Source: Chrysomallon squamiferum
Taxonomy: Eukaryota > Animalia > Mollusca
Direction of reading: 5' to 3'
Assembly (NCBI GenBank): GCA_012295275.1
Contig: CM022665.1
Span: 28,024,001-28,088,000, forward strand
Length of the DNA: 64,000 nt
Positions 11,562-23,700 of this stretch are shown here, piece by piece. The position numbers were made by a program, and so were the translations under genes. Within the stretch, counting starts at the first letter, position 1. The number at the start of each line of letters is the position of its first letter. A model generated the notes under the pieces. That model was not told the DNA's origin, made no database searches, and saw only the letters and a program-made list of their open reading frames with translations.

Positions 11562-14282
11562 CATTTATTAATCAAGGTAGCACATTAGTTATTTATCTGG
11601 GTTGTTTTTTTTGTTTTTTTTCTCTTCATGAGTTAATATCAGTTATTAATATATTTGTTATAATTTGCCTACTTTTCATTTAATTAAAGCATTAAATACT
11701 TAAAAATTAAAAATCAGAAACATTCCAGTTACTAAAATAATGAAATGTATAATATATATTGCAGACTATTAGATAATGTATCTTTGTTCAATTTAAACAT
11801 TATACACCTTTATTTAAATAGCACTTAAAGGATGTTGATTACTGTAATTTAGTAGTTACTATTACTGATCTTAATTAATAAAAGTATGTCTTTAAAATGT
11901 ACACCATAATTATAAATTTTCAGAGATGTGTAGGAAATCCACACAGTAATTACCCTGCCACAGATGTCTCAGAATGGGAAGAATTCCTGAAATTTAACAT
12001 TAATATACTCATTCAGTCTTTGTTACAAATATTATCAGCAGATGAAGCCAGACATGTATTTACATTATTAACAACAAAGAATTTTCCCAGAAAAGCATGA
12101 AATTGTAAGGACATGTTCAAAATAAAAATTTGATGATAAAAAATGTTAAAACAGCAACAAGTTCAGCATCAGCTGAGTTACCAAGTTTCTTAATATAGTA
12201 GCTTGAAAAGTTTTGTGTGCCTTTTCTTTATCTAATATTACCAGAATACAATCTTAATATCTGTTAGACCCCAGCAAAATCAGCATCAAAAAACATTACC
12301 ACTAAAAACTAACAATTCTCTATGGTAACCAGTACATATACTTACTTGTACACAATCTTTGTTTTATTCTGCAATAAACCCTAAATGCAATGCTATGACA
12401 CTAACACTTCTTTAAAAATACTTTTTCACTTTCTTTATTGGCATTAGGGCATAAAAAAGGAAAAGAAAAGAAAAGAAAGAATTACTGTCCCATTTTTAAA
12501 TATTCTCGTGTATTAATTTACAAATGAATAAATTTTAATAAAATAAAAGCAATGTCAACTAAATAAAATAAAAAATTGAATTAAATTCTGTTAATTTTAT
12601 TAGAAACTATTTTTAGACTTTCTGTCTGCAGGATTCCACTTAAACATTAATTTAATGGTGCAATTAAACTTACTGTATAATAAGATGATCAGCCTTTTCA
12701 TTCTCAGAAAAATGTTCTTCTGCATATGCCTCATCATAGAATATAGGAATTGTTTTCAGTTTTGAAACCAAAGCATTCTTCTCTGGAACATACACTATTT
12801 AAATATACCAGAAATAATTTTAAAATATGACAATTACAATAATAAAAATAAAAATAAAAATAGATGTTTTATTTAACTCAAAACATGTTTATGTTATGAT
12901 TATATGGCACAGTGAGGACAGACGTATCAAACTGGTCTGAATATGAATATGATCAATTTGAGTAGATATATATTACAATTAGAATATATTATAAGAGGAG
13001 TTGTTCTGTATCAAATTACAGTTATTAAAAACTATTTTCTCATTCCCCTTCTCTAAGATTTTGTTCATTACTGGTGGGATATATGAATAGCCAAATATTT
13101 TCTGCATGGAATCATTAACATCAGTATTATCATACTTCAAAGTTTTGGTCAAAGGTGAGTGACTGTCGCCACTTTGTTTCTCTGCAATTTTTTTGGAAAC
13201 GGAACAGTTCAGTACTTTAAAATAGGTCATTAATCATGCTGAAAGTTATTGAATGTTGCAATCTTGACCTTCAAAGACCTTCAAAATTTTGAATTGCATT
13301 AAAGGACACTGAATACATCATGTAATTTTTAAAATCCAGAGGGATGCACATTTTCTACTCATCAAATCTAATTACAAAATAGAATCTGCCTAAATCATGA
13401 AAATTAACAATAATAATAGAGAGAAAGGTTTATTATTTATATGATTTTTTCTTTCTTTTTTAATACAATTGTTTTGCATACTTTAAATAACAATAGATGG
13501 TATTCCACTGATTTAAATGATTCTATATAATATTACCAACCTAATAAAAGTGTTTAATTTTTCTTTAATTGACTTATTTATTTTCACTAATACATGTGGT
13601 TCATTTAATACTTCTCTATTAAGTTAGTTTTGTTGTTTTAACTGGGAACAAAAGATTAATGTTTAAATCTGCTGTATTACATTCCTTAAATGGCTCAAGT
13701 TTATTACGTGCAACTTTTCATCTACCGTATTCATATATTGTTTATAAATGTTAATACTGAAATTACCCGACATTTCATAACGATAATTTATATAGACCAA
13801 CTTAAACATTTAGCTATACAGACACATAATCTGAATTATATCAAAATTCAATGCAATATTTCAACTAACTAAAAAATATTAAAAAATAAACCGAATAACC
13901 GATAAAGTTCTCTAAGTTCAAGTTGTAAATATTTATCGAATAACTTTGGTAAAAATTAAAAAACGATAAAAATAGTATTATGTCTTTAAACAGATGGAGC
14001 TGTTTAAACAATTATAAAACTAGATGTTTCACTGCTTTTAATAACCCGTAATTTGTAAAATAATACTGATTAAATACCTCCATTAAGGTTCGGGACCATC
14101 CCTATGGTACCACCAGTGTACAATACAAGAACCTTTTTCAGTTTTGATGCCTCTTGAGACATGCCATTTAAGCTGTGTCTACGTTCCCTTGTCTTCTTCT
14201 TTTCATCACGAAAGACATTATGTTGTTCGTGAGACAATGAACAAAATAAACTCGATCCATCATCATTTTCAAAATAAGCCAT
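1..14282 (-). CDS. ASPG: ASPG gene span: L-asparaginase / 60-kDa lysophospholipase with C-terminal ankyrin repeats (3' partial). Exons 14282-14078, 12794-12674, 6874-6763, 5915-5790, 5374-5291, 4875-4749, 4123-4011, 3422-3237, 2926-2813, 2398-2282, 1963-1868, 1390-1143, 67-<1
   Basis: Spliced translation has asparaginase motifs [60 protein letters not shown] and ankyrin repeats (DGRTPLH, GDTPL). All phases match; junctions are GT-AG except one GC-AG. Confidence 0.96.
233..705. mobile_element. Non-autonomous hAT-type MITE
   Basis: Perfect 14-bp TIRs CAGTGCTGCCCAAC / GTTGGGCAGCACTG; 8-bp TSD tgatacgg (225-232) / tgataagg (706-713); subterminal cc(a/g)gccc motifs. Confidence 0.9.
1143..1390 (-). 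CDS. ASPG: ASPG exon 12 (ankyrin repeats)
   Basis: tccag|GGA ... TGC AG|gtacag; encodes [10 protein letters not shown]...HHGASVH...GDTPL. Confidence 0.95.
1868..1963 (-). CDS. ASPG: ASPG exon 11 ([32 protein letters not shown])
   Basis: tatag|GAG ... ACA|gtcagt; phase 0-0. Confidence 0.93.
2130..2295. repeat. Degenerate ~39-bp tandem repeat built from the ASPG exon 10 donor junction
   Basis: aatattataaatgctggtgcatcttacctcccgactgct vs aatattacaaacattgccgtatttcacaacctgactact, plus weaker copies. Confidence 0.55.
2282..2398 (-). CDS. ASPG: ASPG exon 10 ([11 protein letters not shown]...LSSRE)
   Basis: tttag|ATG ... GAG|gtaag; conserved NLRGEMT motif. Confidence 0.94.
2813..2926 (-). CDS. ASPG: ASPG exon 9 ([26 protein letters not shown]...)
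   Basis: tttcag|GCA ... AAG|gtgaaa. Confidence 0.96.
2945..3150. repeat. Degenerate ~30-bp minisatellite (gatatatacag...cagtacag units) in ASPG intron 8
   Basis: Recurrent atatatacag / acagtacaga words at roughly regular spacing. Confidence 0.55.
3237..3422 (-). CDS. ASPG: ASPG exon 8 ([23 protein letters not shown]...YATGK)
   Basis: ctccag|GTT ... AAG|gtgagt. Confidence 0.96.
4011..4123 (-). CDS. ASPG: ASPG exon 7 (VDWSSIFR...[14 protein letters not shown])
   Basis: ttttag|TG ... ACT|gtgag; phase 1-0. Confidence 0.95.
4749..4875 (-). CDS. ASPG: ASPG exon 6 ([17 protein letters not shown]...[10 protein letters not shown])
   Basis: ttttag|GTA ... CAT G|gtaaag; RGNR motif. Confidence 0.95.
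5291..5374 (-). CDS. ASPG: ASPG exon 5 ([14 protein letters not shown]...IPE)
   Basis: tgacag|ATT ... GAG|gttagt. Confidence 0.95.
5457..5499. repeat. (TG)n microsatellite
   Basis: Uninterrupted dinucleotide run. Confidence 0.95.
5790..5915 (-). CDS. ASPG: ASPG exon 4 ([28 protein letters not shown]...TGSQ)
   Basis: tttag|GAA ... CAG|gtaaat; catalytic HGTDT motif. Confidence 0.97.
5935..5991. repeat. (AAT)n microsatellite
   Basis: Uninterrupted trinucleotide run. Confidence 0.95.
6032..6110 (-). pseudogene. Decayed local duplicate of the ASPG exon 4 5' half with its acceptor
   Basis: gctgtgta, aaaacaacaaaaccat and tttcctaa..aaataa all recur at ~180-bp offset from 5851-5925. Confidence 0.7.
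6763..6874 (-). CDS. ASPG: ASPG exon 3 ([37 protein letters not shown]), GC donor
   Basis: tttcag|A CAT ... CAT|gcaagt; only the GC donor gives the phase 0 required by exon 4. Confidence 0.92.
12674..12794 (-). CDS. ASPG: ASPG exon 2 ([24 protein letters not shown]...HLII)
   Basis: aatag|TG ... CA|gtaagt; phase 1-2 bridges exons 1 and 3. Confidence 0.9.
14078..14282 (-). CDS. ASPG: ASPG exon 1 (MAYFEND...[13 protein letters not shown]...)
   Basis: aaATGG start; TGGTIG catalytic Thr motif; G|gtattt donor. Confidence 0.95.
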
Positions 14283-14560
14283 TTAAAAAACTTTCGTTGA
14301 CTCAATCAAGGGCAGACTGAATGCGGATACTGAAACACCACAACTTTATTTTCACAAATTAGAGAGCTTGTTCTCGTCCGAAACGTGATTCTTCGAGATT
14401 GTAATTTTGGTCGAGATCAAAGTTGTAATCGCATTAATAACGCTCGTTTTATTTTCCGACCATAACAACAAATTATACAATTAATTTCAAAGCATGCTTT
14501 TTTTTTTCTGCTTTCTAACTGGCATATTACAAAAACAATAATATTAGATAACGTCTTACC
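14283..14560 (-). promoter_or_regulatory. ASPG 5'UTR / promoter (CpG-retaining region)
   Basis: CpG dinucleotides cluster just upstream of the ATG in otherwise CpG-depleted DNA. Confidence 0.5.
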
Positions 14561-15172
14561 TAACATTTTAAGTAAAAATTGGTTAACTACAATTGTAACT
14601 GTGAGTAATCTAATTTATTTATCTTTTATTTATTTATTTATTTATTATTTTTATCATATTTTAACTTTAATCGAGGCATCTGTGTCTGTTTTTCTCCAAA
14701 ATATCACCCCCACCATCAACAAATGGGAAATTCCATGGGAGTTGTATTGATTGTTTCATGTTTTATTTACGTCATTTGCAACCTATTGATCAATTGTTAT
14801 TTCTATGAAAATGTGTGTATATTTTGAGAATTGATGTCAGTAACTGTACATAAAAACATTAAAAAAATCTTTATTTAGTACTAAGCCAGTGCATACTGAA
14901 TTCAGTTTTCATTAACTCTATGGTAAATTTTTAGATGCCTGACAAAATTATCCTTTTGCAGGATTGTAATTTGACCAAGAATGTCGGTATAAGTAATGTC
15001 TACATAATCAGAATAATTTTTGGTGTGCTTTTCATTGCCCTAGTGAGATAAAATAAAAATGTTGGTTACCTGGAGCTAAATTTTGACTGGGACCTGACCG
15101 TAAGCACACCTGTTACATTTAGCTTTAAATATTAAAAAATACATTAAAGCATTTTCTTAAAATTTTAAATTT

Positions 15173-15397
15173 ATGCCATTTTCCATTGCATCCAAGACCG
15201 GATTTAATGATCACAAAATTCCAAAGTGCACACACAAACGATCAACTTCTGAACTAGTTACATTATACATTAAGCAGGTGAATGGCGATGTGAAAGTTTT
15301 GATTAGTGATGTTACAGATTTACTGGTGAGCAATCAACATCATGAATAAAGCACAGCTGGCATTAGACCTAACTTTTATTTAGATATGGGCTCCTGA
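15173..15397 (+). pseudogene. Possible relic of mitochondrial ribosomal protein L49 (MRPL49/Img2-like)
   Basis: MPFSI...HKIP...LYIKQVNGDVKVLISDVTDLL...*...YLDMGS* resembles recalled MRPL49 LPYFV...HNIP...[20 protein letters not shown]...LLEKGF*; in-frame TAA at 15347. Confidence 0.3.
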
Positions 15398-17701
15398 AGA
15401 TACCTTTATGACCAACATTTGTTGTGTTTTATACATTATTTATGAAACTGCTGTTTACAATATTAATATGGTAAACACACAAGAATATAAAGCCAAAAAA
15501 AAAAGAAAAACAAATCTATATAAAACAACAAAATCTAAAATTATCTCGCACACTTTAATAGCTTCAAAAAAAAATCATAGAGATAATAATAAAGACACAA
15601 AAAACTGTTTATTATCTTGTTGAAAATTATCCAATACATTACACAATTCAAACAAAAATGAGTTAAGACAATCCTTGCTTTATTTAATATTTGGTAAAAT
15701 ACATGAAGCTGCTAGACTATGATGTTGTTACATACCTTGATAAGCACACTACAGATAAATGTACAAATCTTTGAGCAAAAATAAATATCTAGACATGTCA
15801 ATGTGCCACATTTTATTCTGATAATTGTCATTTTAAACTGGTAGAGAAGATGAATATTATATTAATAAATTTTTAATCAATACCTTAAGAATTAAGTAAC
15901 AATTTACTAAAATAGGAGATAAAACATTTATTTTCAATAAATTCACAAATGGACATTTTTTTTAATGAAATCTATTTAAAAACGAGAAAAAACAATAATG
16001 TGATCTCTAAGTTAAGAAATGTATGACTAGAAAGCAATCAACTGTTGCATTAGTTACTAGTCGGTATATATATACATTATATTTTGAAGTGTACACCTAG
16101 GGCTGAAGGCAGTTAGAGCATATGAAAAATGTAATGACTGCTTGGAAAATCTAAGAAATAAATAACATTTACGGTGAAATGTAACACAATCCTTATTGTA
16201 AAAAGTAACTGTTGATGGTTAATATCTTTATTAAAAAATTTGAAGAAATATAGGAGACATTAGTATATCTATAAAATGCTGTTCCAAGCAAACATGTTTA
16301 AGAAATCAAAAAACATTTATAAATTTAACATTATTAATATTGAAGCCAACAAGCTGGGAAAATTTCATACTAAGCATTTAAAATATCAAAGTTATAAACA
16401 ATTAAGTTCTGAAACTTTCATTTACAAATCTAATTTAAGTAATAAAATGTTAACATTTATAAACAGCTGAATACAAACATTTTTGTAACTTATTTACAAA
16501 AGAAAATTTTAAAAATAAGTATTTTTTCTCTTTAATGTTCCAAACCATTTTAATCAAATTCACAGAATTTTACTTTTTGATCACTGGTTTTATTTACTGT
16601 TATAGGGTTATCATTCAAGACAGGTTTATTTTAAATGTCAGTAGTTCTAAATGGTGCACTGTGTGTGGAAATCTGGACAGAAATTTTATTTGCTGTTAAC
16701 TACAATGAATGAATACAATAATGTAAAAACAGATGTGGCCATCGCAAAAAGCAAACTGTTTTCTACTTTTTCTATCGGTAAATAACCTAATTTAGCATAC
16801 ATTTCAGCATCTGTTGCAACTACTGATATAGATGATTACATCTCACAAACATTTTCTTGGAAAATATCAAAACATTGATTTTAATTATATTATTACAAAT
16901 TCACAACATCCACTAAAATTATTTGTAAGCAATGTATGTATTTTTTTATTTTTTTATTTTATTTTTTTTCCCAACATGGTGATCAGTTCCAGACTATCAT
17001 ATAATTTATTTGTTATTGGCCAACTTGCATTAAAACAAACACTATTAGTTGAAAGAAAATGAATAAAGAATATCGTCGAGAACAACTACAATGTAATTAT
17101 TATTACATGAAAGGAAAATGAGGTTCATCTGTAAAACAAAACACAAATTCTATAAATATCTATATGAAAATTATCAGCTAATAAAAAATAAATACACAAA
17201 GCATTTTTTAATGTACAAATTATTTTACAAATATATATAACCTAAATGAGCTCCTTATTAATTGTGGATTAGTTTAACTGGTTTTATTTAAACAAATGGA
17301 AAAAAAAAGCAATAATTTATAATTTTTTTTTTTTTTTTTTGCATACTTCTTATGTTTACTATATCCATTAACAGACAAGGAATAAGCATTATCAGATTCC
17401 TGTGTATACTAAATTGCAGAAATATGAAGCAAGACAGAAGTCTTCTCTCACAAGTGAAACCTAAACATTAGGTAATTGATCAGAAACAAACCAGTGACAT
17501 TTGGCTTGGCAGATCCTGTTTGCACATCAGTCAAAGTCCATCAAAGGTGCGGTTAAGGCAATACAAGATCAAAAGAACCAGTCTGTGCAAGACAATTCAC
17601 ACAAGCTCTTGGTGTAAAAAAAAAAAATTAAAATAATAATCATCATTAAAAAAATGAAAGAACTAAATTTAAAAATACATAGTAGCAACTGAAAAATATG
17701 T

Positions 17702-17750
17702 TCACTGTGTCTTGGCCTTTTTCTTCAGAAAGGGCAACTTGGTTTGAATC
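17702..17750 (-). CDS. RTN1: Reticulon last coding exon ((Q)[15 protein letters not shown])
   Basis: ttttag|G ATT ... TGA; phase 2; KxKxx ER-retrieval-type ending. Confidence 0.92.
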
Positions 17751-20700
17751 CTAAAAAAAAAAAAAGGAAGAAAAAATGTAATAAATAAAATATTATTAAT
17801 AATAAAATACTTTAATTTTTGAAATTTTTATTAATAGTGTATAATAAATATTCTCAAAGAAAATATTCTGTTTTATTATTATTATTTCTTTTTTGTAACT
17901 GATTAAATGAATAATTATTTAATATAAAGCTAAGATCAGAACTCTTTAATTGTACCAGTAATAATAAATGGACTACATTTCTCACCATTCATTGAATTCC
18001 AATTATTATTACTGGAAATTGTGTTTTCTCTTTTTAAGAACTTTTTGATCAAAATATTGTAATATATAATTAGTAAGTAATTAAAATTCTGTATCACACA
18101 AAACACTTACTGTTCAAGAACCTTGTTGGTCTGCATTTGTGCCATTCCCACATAGTTGTCAATCTGAACCTGCAAATTCAAAAGTTAATTTATTAGAATA
18201 ATATTTTTAAAAAAGGAAAACAATTAATAGCAGAAAAATAACCATTTCATCAAACTGTTAATGTGCAACTGTTTTATCTTGTAGGAAAAAAACAAAATAC
18301 CAAAAAACTCCTATTAACTTACGATGGAAGCATGTGTATGTGGGTGGACATGTGATACTACATTTACTGTAGAGCCAATATTCAACAATTCAATATACAA
18401 AAGCTTTTGTGTTTAATTAATTTTATAGGAAAAATGAACTGTTCAGAATTACAGATAAGGAATTAAATACACAATAATTTGGACCATATTTGTTTGGATA
18501 AAGCAACAAATTCTACAATCAATTCATTAACAAGAAAATATTACAAAGAATAAAATATGTGATAATTGAAATATGACATGTGAAGCTTGTCCAATGATTT
18601 ATTTAATATGTGTCCTAAGTGTAATATAAAATGATTTATGTAGACCCAATGGTTTTCTGCGATTGCAGTAAACAGACAGAACTAGCAGTGTGGATCGGAA
18701 ACCAATTTTTAAAAGGAATTTTAATTTTAGGCAAAATCAAATAACAATTACTGTTTTATTTCCGTCACGTGAAGAAAATGACAATTTGTCAATGTTGTCA
18801 AACGAGCAATACCTCATTTACTAGATTTCTGCTTGCAGTTGCTATATTCCCTGGTCATTAAATGGTTTAAGTGAACATTAGTTTTCTTCAAATCCCTGAT
18901 CCCCTTTGAATAAAACACTGTTGGTGCTTAGTTGTAAAATTATGTTTTATTACATTTAGTTGTTTTAACTGTCATCTTTGATCCTGCACAACTAATGCAT
19001 ACTTTTCATATAGCAACACAGATCTATGTCATGGTATCACTACTGGAATCGGTTATATTTTAATAACAATTGTGTTAACATTTCACTAAATACCTTCTCA
19101 AATTATATGAAATAAATGCACAGTGCATTAGGTATATTAAAGATTTTTCTGCCACGTTTCTTTCAAATATGTGTATTGCCTTTTTGCAATAGATGTGGAA
19201 TGCCTTCAACGTAATGGTGACACTGATGAAGGTCACTTCAGTTAATTACAATTATATGAGAGAGTAATCTTTATTAAATACTATTTTCTCCTATGATTTT
19301 GACAAATTGTGTTAGTGTATGTTATGTATTAATTTTTAACTACATGATTTATTCCTGAAAAAGAAAATGAAAATGAATTTACAAAAACATGAAATGGAAA
19401 ACGCCTTTTTTTGAAACTGAATACCATTGGTCTATTTATATTGCTTTATTTATATATTCCAACTGTGAAGATTCATACCTTGTAGGTCTCGTACACTTTA
19501 GGTAAAGTGAAAATAGACACCACTCCTGTGGGAAAAAATAAAAAAATAAAATGAAGTTTTAAAATGGATAAATATTAGCAAATTTATCTACATCACAAGC
19601 ATGTTAATACAGTAATTTTGCATAAATGAACTAATTTTAAACCACTGTAAACACTACAAAATAAAAAAGTAATCTTTCTGAAGAAGTTATCTTAAGAACA
19701 CGGAATGCTGCAATTTAAAATTTCAAGTTTAAAAAAACTATTATGAATCTCGTAATTGAGATACCAAAATGCTATTAACGTTTGAAAAAATTAATTTAAT
19801 TATATTTTTAAAATCTGAATGGATTTTAATTTTTTTGACATACCAAGAATAATTAGAGTCATTCCATTGAACCAAGACCCAACATACGTCAGAACCCACA
19901 ACAGTAGGCCAAACTGAAAAAAAACAACCCAAAACAAACAGTGAATAAAATAAACATTTTTAAATGCACAACAATTAAGCTATTTGTATTTACTGTATTT
20001 TCATAAACAAATATTTTTTGGAAAAATCAATTTTGTACATTCTTAATTGATACAGTAGAGACAAACAAGTGTACATTTAAATAGTTTATGATAAATTAAG
20101 CAGTCTCTTCCTAATTTGTCAAATTATACAGATGAAACATTACTGCACTAATGCAAATTAACACAGCATTAATTTATACCTTGATTGAATCTACAAGGTC
20201 TTCAATAAGGAAAAGACGCCTAAGTTCCTTTGCAGCACAGTTAACACGTTTGAGGATGTTCTGGAGGGCTTTCTGCACCTTCTCCTCAGGCAACTCTATG
20301 TCCATGTCAAGAAACTTTCTGAAAAGCATAAATTAAATCTCTTTAAGACAATAATATCATAAGAAAATTTTTCTATGTTTTATAAACAGAACAGGTAAAT
20401 TTATTTTACAAAATGTCTTTTTATTAAATAAAATAGTTTTAATTTTGTTGATGTTTTAGTTAAAGAAGTAATCTATTTATAGTGAACATCTGCCCTTTAA
20501 AAAGATTATTAATAAATTATTAATGATGATAATCATCATCCTATCTGACTGTGAATGCTCACTTGAAAGGATGTCCCTCTCCGGTTTTCTGTACGGCACT
20601 CATGATGTTTTTGTAGACTCGGAAACTGAGGGTGACTGTCAGCATGGCCAGGGATAGGTAGGCAAGCACACTGAGCAGTGAACAGAATGCCAGTGACAAC

Positions 20701-23700
20701 AAAATGAAAAGCATGCTCCCAAAAACCATTCCAGTTTTTCTGACATCTTTCCAATAGATAAGCTCCAGAACTGAAATCACAGAATTAAACAATAAAATTT
20801 AGGACATTTTAATTTAATTGTTTAAAAAAAACAAAAAAAAAAACATTAACATTACTTTTTAAATACAATAGTAAGTTTGATAATGCCCGGTTTAAACTGA
20901 ATTTCAGTTCTGTGACTATGTTTATATCTGAATTGGTTAAGTTTTGTTCATATTATCAAGTATCATCATCATGCATAAAGAAAGTTTCATTGTGTTGTTG
21001 TACAATAGTCTTTAATAGTGTATGAACATTAAACCAAAGAGGAGGAAGATGCAGTTATTTTTGGAATATTAAAACCTCAATGTAGAAATAAAAACTATAT
21101 CATAATCAAGAAATAAATGGTTATACAAGCCATTTTAAGAGATAAATTGTGGCTTATGTTAAAGTTGTGCTATTTTTCATTCTCAGCTCACATTAAATGA
21201 GAACTGATATAATCTTTCAGCTTGAATGTTAAATTATTAATGTGAGTAATTATCCTTGTGCACAAATCCACAAACTGGTTGTTGCCAAGTCCATAAACCT
21301 GTAATGGTCAGTGAGCATGCAGTCATGTGTGTGTGTGTATATATATATATATATGTATATATGCACTTGCATGCTGCAAACAAGTTAGTAGATCCTTTCA
21401 TTACAGTTTTATAAATAATAGTCAAATTAAAATTTACAAGATGTTAATTATTCAAAAATTTACAGTATTTCTGCTATAAAAATTGTAATAGCCACAAAGG
21501 GAAAATCACAGGGTATCTAATTTGCAAAGAAAACAATTTAAAAAAATGATATGTACTTAATATATTGTAACTGAAATATGCATACAGAGCTCAAATGATT
21601 AAGAATGGAAAACAATTTTGAAATACATGCTGATGTTAACTACAGATTATTTAGCAAATAAAATGTCATGACTATAGGAATGTTAAAAAATATAATAGAC
21701 TGTACTGTGTTCAATGTTTTCCAGAACTTTCTGCATGCTAAATACCTAAATCTTTCAAATCTGTTGATCTGCATGTTAGACTTTAACCCACACACCATAG
21801 TACAAGTTGCTGCAAGCCACTGTAATCAGTTGAGATTAGAGAAGCCTACTAAATGCAAAGTATTTTCATGCTTTCAAATCCACCTCATTAGGTTCAGGTG
21901 ATGTTGCATGGTTAAAAATGAAACAAATTGGAGAATTTTTTTACTGTTGTTGTGTATTTGTGCTGATTGCTTAAGAAAGTGTTTTTCTCTTTTTTTTTTA
22001 TTACTTGTCTTTTTAAAAAATCTTTTTTGGGGGTGGGGGGGCACTATAAACATAAGTGCAATTCTCTATGCACCCAAGATAAAAATAACATACACCAGAT
22101 CCTTTTCTTGCCAGGCATGCCAAATTTGCTACCACATGCCAAAGTTAATTTCTACTATGGATGGGTAGGGGAGGGAAGAACTGTTTCAAAATACTAAATG
22201 AATAATGCAAATATATAAATTATGGCAGTGCTGGATCAAACAGAAGCACTCCCTGCTGGTTAGGTGCTTTAGTAAACAGCTGGAACATTAGCATATATTT
22301 ATGACTAACACAAGATCAATAGTTGTCAAGGCTGTGGCTGGCGAGATATTTTTAGACACATTGCTGTATAATGAAACCATGTCCACAGTGTGTGTCTGCA
22401 TCGTATGCACAAAGGAAGCTCTAGTGACAGTTGTCTTTTTATCAACAAGAATGTTGTTTGTATTGACTTTCAACAGTTTATGTGTATTTTATTTATAGTG
22501 AGGTTGTTTGGCTTTCATACTGAATGTGTAGAAAAACACGTTTGTTGACTTTATAATGAAATTCAAAAGATTACTCCCACTTCAATAAAGAAATCCATTT
22601 TTCCAATAGGTAATAAAATTCATCTGTATATGGCCATAAAAATAGTCGTTTTCACTGCCAGTTAATACAACATTTGATACACTTAATTAAAACAAAGTAT
22701 TTTACTTATAGCAGCTATAAAATGTTACTAATAACTATATGTTCTTCAGAACAAAATGTTTTCTAAAACAAATATTTTGAAAACAGAATTAGTGAAATTT
22801 GTTCTTCAAACATCAATATTTGCTTTTGTAGCTCTGTCTCAACTTCAGTAATTATCTATCACTGTTTCTATCAACTTTCAAATAACTAAATAATCAATCA
22901 CTATTAACATTTAAACCAAATCAATAAAAATAAAATTTGGTTTATCTGTAGATATGGATCCACTGAATTATACATATTAATAACTACTAAATATCATTAC
23001 ATGTATTGTTGTAATGCAGGTCATATCAATACATTGTATACTTATTTTTAAAAATAATGATGATATTTAAGAGTTTACTTTAACAGACACTATTATCAAG
23101 ATGAGCCATGCTAATGTATATAAACTAAAAATAGCAAGTGTCTCAACTTTTGAACTCCATTGTGATAACAATCACACAATTCTCTGCCTGGAGTATATTT
23201 ACATAAATCATTGTGTGTCAAATGTTTGTGACTATAAAACTACATACTGTAAATGAAAAATATTTCTTTTGGTTATTATTTTATAAATAATAAATAAAAT
23301 AAAAAGGAAGACAAAATGGATGGGTAGAAAGAAAAATATAAAAAATATATTACAATATTTTAAAGGCAATTTCGGATTATAAGAGCTTTTAAAAGAAAAA
23401 CCAACATATTTCAGTTTAATTTAATAACCATTGTTGGTACGAACTGGAACCTTTTAGGTAACTAATTTATATATACAACAGTAAGTTCTGCATTTAAAAA
23501 ATGAGCCATAAGAAAAGGCAATCCAACTGCTTGTAACACCTAAGACAATTTTCTATTCTTGGTCTCACAACCTAAAGAAACCCAGAAGTATATCTGGCAT
23601 TACCTTGGATTTAACAAATGATACTCACATGCATTCTATAACCTATTTACAATGAGCAAAGGGTAAAAAACTAAATTTACACACACCCACCAATATACCT

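Noticed and set aside
11897-12100. Plus-strand 67-aa ORF in ASPG intron 2 as a nested gene
   Set aside because: No recognisable domain or supporting exon chain
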